DNA of 54,207 nucleotides, the filler included, from Dirinaria sp. TL-2023a (lineage: Eukaryota), in the NCBI GenBank assembly GCA_051941275.1. It is 4 parts of 4 records of this genome, joined end to end, with 100 filler letters (N's around TTAATTAATTAA, not from the genome) between each part and the next. Parts side by side here need not be neighbours in the genome. Positions count along the whole stretch, not along the records: positions 40,740 to 54,207 come from JAVEBF010000685.1; 3 more parts are not named here. One strand, 5' to 3'. Positions within the stretch are counted from its first letter, which is position 1; each line of letters opens with the position of its first letter. The notes beneath the pieces are model-generated. The model was given only the letters and a program-made list of their open reading frames with translations. It searched no databases and was not told the origin of the DNA. Below, one piece after another: positions 47,990-54,207 of this stretch. Position numbers and translations under genes: made by a program.

Positions 47990-50900
47990 ATGCCACTCCA
48001 AAAGCGCAAACGTACCGAGGAACGGGCTGCCGTCCGTCCAGAAAAGAAGCAAAAACCTTCAGAGCCTGCCTCGAGACTAATTGTCGCAAAAGAGGAGCCA
48101 GCTTTCCAGCGAGGGGGAGCGAGCATCCTTACGCCATTGGAGCAGAAGCAGATCCAAGTCCAAGCTACTAGAGATGCGCTCTTTGAAGAACGAACGGGTG
48201 AAAAGGCTAATAATACCGAGTTTGGAGAAGATGAGAATGAGGAGGATGCTGCTGTCCGTCCTATCACTACTTTGGCCAAAGCGCGCAGGAAAACAAAGGT
48301 CTCGAAGGGAGATAAAAAGGCATTTGGGCCGCCAGAGGACGAGGTTGTGCGCATTGAGGGATTGAGCTACAAGGCATGCTCCGCTCGAAACGGGTTCTAG
48401 GAAAGTGCTGACGGCCTGGCAGCGGCTTCTGCCTGGCTCTTTGGTTGTTGGTCAGGTCTCTCAAATCAATCGTTCTGATATCGCTCTGACTTTGCCTAAC
48501 AATCTCACTGGCTACGTCCCTTTCACTGCTGTATCGGACCAAATCACGGAAGACATTGAAAAGACGCTAGGGGAAGGAAATGCAGAGGATGACACAGACG
48601 AAAGACGGCCCTCAGAACTAGACGAATGTTTCTCCATTGGGCAATACCTGCGAGCTTACGTGGTATCTACCCAGCAAGAGGCTGCTACTGGAGGGTTAGG
48701 CAAGAAACACATTCAGCTATCGGTCCACCCTCGACAAGCGAACTTCGGCCTCAAACAATCTGATCTTGTTGTTGGGAGTATGATACAGGCAGCTGTTCAA
48801 AGCATTGAAGATCATGGACTAGTGATGAATCTGGGATTGGACGACGCTGCCGTGAAAGGATTCATTCCAATCAAGCAAATTGGCAACATCGCCGATTTCC
48901 CACAAATTAAAGAAGGCTCTGTACTTCTTTGCCTGATCACTAACCACAAAGCAGACAGTAATGTCATCGATCTCTCTGCAAATCCGCAAACGGCGGGCAA
49001 TATCAAGAATAGCAATTATATAGCCGATGCACCATCTGTGAACTCCTATCTACCTGGATCAGCTATCGAGGTTCTCATCTCTGAAGTATCCTCGAAAGGT
49101 ATTGCTGGAAAAGCTATGGGTTTATTAGATGTAACCGCCGATTTGATCCATTCTGGCGCCGCAGATAGCGGTAAAGATCTCCAAAAAAAGTATGCTGTTG
49201 GAAGCAAGGTAAAGGGAAGGGTCATATGTACCTTTCCGCATTCGAATCAGAAGAAAATTGGCATATCGCTGCTGGACCATATCATATGTCTAAGACCGAA
49301 ACGTGCTACCTCATCAACCGAGCAAGAGGCTTTACCGACCGACATCGTCCCTCTTTCTACAATCATTGACGAGCTGAAGGTGGTTGAGGTTGAACCAAGT
49401 CTAGGACTTTTTGTTGATGTCGGCGTTAAAGGCGTGCGTGGATTCGTGCACATATCAAATGTTGCCGACAAAAAGATTGAGATTCTTGCAGAGTCTACGG
49501 GACCTTATAAGGTGGGATCGACTCACAAGGGCCGTGTGACAGGCTACAACTCCATAGATGGGCTTTTCATTGTCTCACTTCAAGAGAGAATAATCAAACA
49601 GGCGTTCCTGCGCATCGAGGACGTCCAAGTTGGAGAAACTATTAAGGGCACAATTGAGAAAATCCTACTAGGTGCTACCGGCGTGACGGGGCTCATAGTC
49701 AGAATCGCAGAAGGTATTAGTGGGTTGGTGCCTGAAGTACATTTCGCCGATGTCACTTTGCAAAACCCGGAGAAGAAATTCAAGGAGGGAAATAATATAA
49801 CCGCGAGGGTCTTATCAACGGATCTTGGAAAACGTCAAATCCGTTTGACATTAAAGAAGACTCTGGTCAATAGCGATAGAGGAATTTGGAAGTCATACAG
49901 CGAGCTCGAGCCCGGTATGCAAGCTCCAGGAACCATCATCAATATCCTCTCCTCAGGCGCAGTAGTTCAATTTTACGGCTCAGTCAAAGGCTTTTTGCCA
50001 GTCTCTGAAATGAGCGAATCGTATATTCAAGACCCCAAACAGCACTTTCGCAATGGCCAGGTTGTTAATGTCTATATTCTTTCAGTCGACCCCCTTCAAG
50101 AGCGAATGTTAGTCTCCTGCAAGGATCCGTCAGCCTTTAGTGCGGATCAACAGCAGGCGTTGCAAAAGCTCAAGGTTGGTGAAATTGTCAACGCGAAGAT
50201 TTCTGAGAAGATAGGGGGTGAGCTGGTTCTGGAACTGGGAGATGCCAATGTGAAAGCACTGTTACCGATTGAGCATCTTGTAGATGGATCATCTCAAAAG
50301 AGCGTCTCGACTGCCAAACGACTCAGAGTCGGACAGGTGGTGAATGAGCTTGTGGTGCTGAGTAAAAATGACCCAAAACGTCTTGTCAGGCTGAGTTGCA
50401 AGCCTAGCCTTGTTCAAGCAGCTAGAGACGGTAGTTTACTGAAGATCTTCGATGACCTTGCGGAAGGAAATGAGTATCACGGCTTTGTGAGAAACATTAC
50501 GCCCTCCGCCATATTCGTGGAGTTTGCTGGGGGAATGACGGGTCTGTTGCCGAAAAGTCAGGTCCCGGATGAGATGCTGCAAAAGCAAGACTTTGGCCTG
50601 AGACGAAATCAGTCAGTGAAAGCGACCATTCTATCTGTGGACTATCAGCAGCAGCGGTTTACCTTGACTATGAAGCCTAGTACGAAAGATGCCATCGAAA
50701 AGCTTACCGATAGTAAAGCCCTTCCACAAATCAAGTCTACATTATCTAACCCAGTTGACGAGGCCTCTTCAACCCTCGAAGACTACCACTTCGGTAAATT
50801 AACTAAAGCTAAAATCCTTACTATCAAAGATACCCAGATCAATGTGCAGCTGGCCGACGGGGTGCAAGGACGCATCAATGTCTCAGAAATATTTGACACT

Positions 50901-53416
50901 TGGGCCGAGATTAAAGATCGCAAACGCCCTTTGAATTCATTTCATAAACACCAGATCTTGCCAGTGCGAATTTTGGGTATGCATGATTCTAGAAACCATC
51001 GGTTCCTGCCCATCACTCATCGGGGAAAAGCGCCAGTCTTCGAATTGACTGGCAAACTTAGTAATTTAGAAAGTGAGCAGCTCGATGTTCTAACACTTGA
51101 CAAAGTCAAGTTGGGCTCCCACCGTACAGTTTTCGTTAATAATATCTCTGGGGACTGCGTCTGGGTCAACTTGTCGCCAAATGTGAGAGGCCGTATCAAA
51201 GCTATAGATGTCTCGGAAAATGTCTCTCTCCTTGGAGATCTTGCAAAGAATTTTCCGATTGGATCAGCGCTCAATGCAACAGTAACCAATGTTGACCTTG
51301 AGACTAATCGGCTAGACTTGTCAGCAAGGTCTGGTGACTCTATCAAGCCTTTGACTCTGAAAGATCTCTCCGTCGGGATGATCTTACCGGGCAGAATTAC
51401 TAAGGTTACGGAGCGTCTGATAATGGTGCAGCTGAGCGATAACATTTCAGGCCCAGTACATCTGGTAGATCTCGCTGACGATTACTCGAAAGCCAATACC
51501 ACGCAATACTCAAAGAACCAGACGATCAGGGTCTGTATCAAGCATATAGATGCTCCAAATAAGAGAATACTGTTGTCGGCCAGGCCATCTAAGGTCTTGA
51601 GCTCAGCTCTCCCCGTTGAGGACCCTGAAATTTCTTCCACTTCGCAGATCAAGGTCAACGACGTGCTTAGGGGTTTCGTGAAACATGTAGCTACCAACGG
51701 AGTTTTCGTCAACCTAGGTGCTAGTGTGACGGCGTTTGTGCGGATTTCGGACCTATCGGATGATTACCTGAAGGACTGGAAGTCGGATTTCGAGGTCGAT
51801 CAAGTTGTCAAAGGACGCATCATAGCTACTGATCATGTCCCCAATCAAGTTCAGATGAGTCTGAGGCCATCTCACTTAGCTAGTGATTATAAAGCACCTT
51901 TGACTTTTGCGGATATGAGAGCCGGGCAGACAGTGACAGGTAGAATCCGCAAGGTCGAAGATTTCGGCGTATTTGTCGTTGTTGATGGCTCAGCTAATGT
52001 CAGTGGCCTTTGCCATCGGACCGAATTATCCGACCAGAAATCGGTGGAGCCCAAGAAATTGTACAAAGAAGGCGATGCTGTTCAGGCAATAGTGCTGAAG
52101 GTTGCGCCTGTCAGGAAACGGATCTCATTCGGACTGAGAGCGTCATACTTCGCGACGAAGGATGTTGAGGATGCCGAAAATATCTTATCTGCGGACGAAG
52201 ATGACTTCTCGGAATTCAGCGGTAGTGAGCAGGGTGTGGATACTGAAAATGCCGGCGCACGATTGGATCATATTGACAATGGAACCGACATGAAAGAGCT
52301 TGAGGATGATGTCGTGAGTCCCTCAGCGGACATAAACGGCTTTTCGAAACCCAGAGCCCCGAAAGGTCTTACTGCAGGCTTTGACTGGACAGGCAAGACT
52401 ACTTTACAGACAGATGCAGGCGAAGTACGTTCCGAGACAGACAGCGATACCACTCAGCCCAAAAAGAAGCGAAAAAGGAAAGGCGAGATTCAAGTGGACA
52501 AAACAGGAGATCTAGATGCCCACGGACCGCAATCCATAGCCGACTTTGAGCGTCTTTTACTTGGACAACCAAACTCGTCTGTACTATGGTTAAGCTACAT
52601 GGCCTTCCAGCTTGAGCTGAGCGAGGTTGATAAAGCGCGGGAGATTGCTGAACGCGCACTCAAGACCATCAATATCCGGGAACAAGACGAAAAATTGAAC
52701 GTATGGGTAGCGCTGTTGAACCTTGAGAACACCTACGGCAGCTGGGAGTCTCTGGATGAAGTATTCAAAAGGGCGTGCCAGTATAACGACAGCCTAGATA
52801 TCCACGAAAGGCTGATAAGTATCTTCATCCAATCTGGTAACAATGTAGTAAGTAGCCCGCACGACAGAGTAGGGTCCAGGGACTGATAGATGAATAGAAA
52901 GCAGATGACATCTTTCAGGCGGCGCTCAAAAAGCATACCCAGACGCCGTCATTATATCTCAATTACGCTACCTTCCTCATGACGACTCTGGACTCACCTA
53001 CACAAGCTCGGACGCTTCTTCCCCGCGCACTCCAAGCGCTGCCGCCCCACGCTCACCTTGACATGACATCTAAATTCGCACAGCTGGAGTTCACCTCGCC
53101 CAAAGGCGACGCGGAACGTGGGCGGACAATGTTTGAAGGCTTACTGGCCACCTGGCCCAAGCGGCTTGACCTGTGGAACGTGCTTCTCGACAAGGAGATG
53201 GAACAAGAGAAAGACGACGAGAAACGAAATCGAGTACGGAAGGTGTTCGAGCGTATGACGAAGGGAAGATTGAAGGTCAAGCAGGCGAAGTGGGTCTTCA
53301 AACGTTGGCTCGAATACGAAGAAAGAGAGGGCGATGACAGGAGCCAGGAACGTGTCAAGGCTAAGGCTGCAGAGTTTGTCAAGCGGATGGAGCGGGAGAA
53401 GACGGAGCGGAGCTGA
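47990..53416 (+). CDS. RRP5: rRNA biogenesis protein Rrp5 (S1 repeats + C-terminal HAT/TPR); introns 48374-48422 (GC-AG) and 52848-52897
   Basis: About a dozen S1 repeats (SIEDHG, GFVHIS, GFLPVSEMSE, SGLCHRTELSD); PQSIADFERLLLGQPNSSVLWLSYMAFQL, EKLNVWVALLNLENTYG and GDAERGRTMFEGLL.TWPKRLDLW. Confidence 0.96.
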
Positions 53417-53487
53417 GGGAGGCTGAAAACGAGATTCACTTAGGACCGTCGTTTCATTTACATAAGATTCTTGACGTTCAGTCACGG

Positions 53488-54006
53488 TTACCGCTGACTG
53501 TACATGGAAGCTATAAACGGGCTAGAAATGTGGCATAGAAAGGAATGATAGGATCCAGGGTTTGCTCCCTCGAGCAAGAGTCAAAGAACAGAAAGTCAAA
53601 GTTGATCCTCATCGCCTACGTCCTCCATTTGTCTCAGCTTCCATTCCATTCTTTTTTGTCTTCGATATCAAGAGACTCGCTCCCGGATTCAATTCTCAAA
53701 GGCAGTCACTACACAGGAAGTACCCCTGTCGTATCCAGAAGCGTTGCAGAGCATACGGAACCCATGGCCTATCACATACTCTGTTCAAAATGGGCAAAGC
53801 GGGGAAAATGTCGATGTGCTTTACAGATATTGGTTCAAAAATTTAAAGGTTTTCATTCGTTCTCCCGCACTTTTACTGAGGGAAAAGGGCTTCTACTCTA
53901 TAAATCTCCCCTACATGGGTGGATCCACAGTGTTATCCTCGGTAGTACCGTCTTCATCAGAGCATGGGATAATCGTAGGTCCCCTACTAGATGAATCGGA
54001 TGCCAT
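53488..54006 (-). pseudogene. Possible stop-interrupted gene relic
   Basis: An ATG at 54006 opens MASDSSSRGPTIIPCSDEDGTTEDN..; the same frame stays protein-like (RRQKRMEWKLRQMEDVGDEDQL) but contains many in-frame stops. Confidence 0.3.
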
Positions 54007-54207
54007 CTAGTAATCTTCGAATTTAGATGCGAGACATGTCGGAGAATTATAAGTCCAGACCGAGCCAGGCCGGGCTGTCGGCCTAAAGCTGCCTTTCTTA
54101 CATCTAGGTAGCTAGTGGCAAGTATTGTCGGTCTGACAGCCTCACTACGAGACGAGGCTGAGATACCTTACAAGAAGATAGCACAAAAAGATAGCATCAA
54201 AAGTGTC

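Noticed and set aside
1..54207. tRNA, rRNA, snRNA genes, CRISPR arrays and prokaryote-type systems
   Set aside because: None recognised by eye; the DNA is intron-rich and fungal, and the repeat at 1-460 lacks a constant-repeat/unique-spacer layout.

Overview
Eukaryotic fungal genomic DNA from a filamentous ascomycete (Pezizomycotina). It has short GT-AG introns with CTRAY branch points, and a lichen-forming Lecanoromycete-type genome is my unverified impression. The window is four contigs joined by three artificial 100-bp N/TTAATTAATTAA/N spacers. About 21 intron-containing genes can be modelled. Most are housekeeping: PTH1, BMT5, FYV10, HTD2-like, ALE1, NRP1, eIF4B/TIF3, Tim17-family, cdt2, RRP5, two F-box/LRR proteins, a PH-domain protein and a Sec2-like fragment. 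The second contig carries an accessory block of four co-oriented minus-strand genes: a stand-alone NRPS-like adenylation enzyme, a PTH11/rhodopsin-like membrane protein, an alpha/beta-hydrolase and a SAM methyltransferase. This block is followed by about 5.5 kb of decayed, gene-free DNA and, across a gap, a DHA1 MFS exporter. It looks like a small secondary-metabolite cluster with no PKS/NRPS backbone in view. Other notable signals are a 3-nt microexon in eIF4B, a GC-AG intron in RRP5, a long structured intron with C/D-box-like motifs in the Tim17-family gene, a recurring TAAGGTACCTTA palindrome upstream of genes, and a degenerate ~130-150 bp tandem repeat at the window start. All calls are by eye from motifs; no database search was run.
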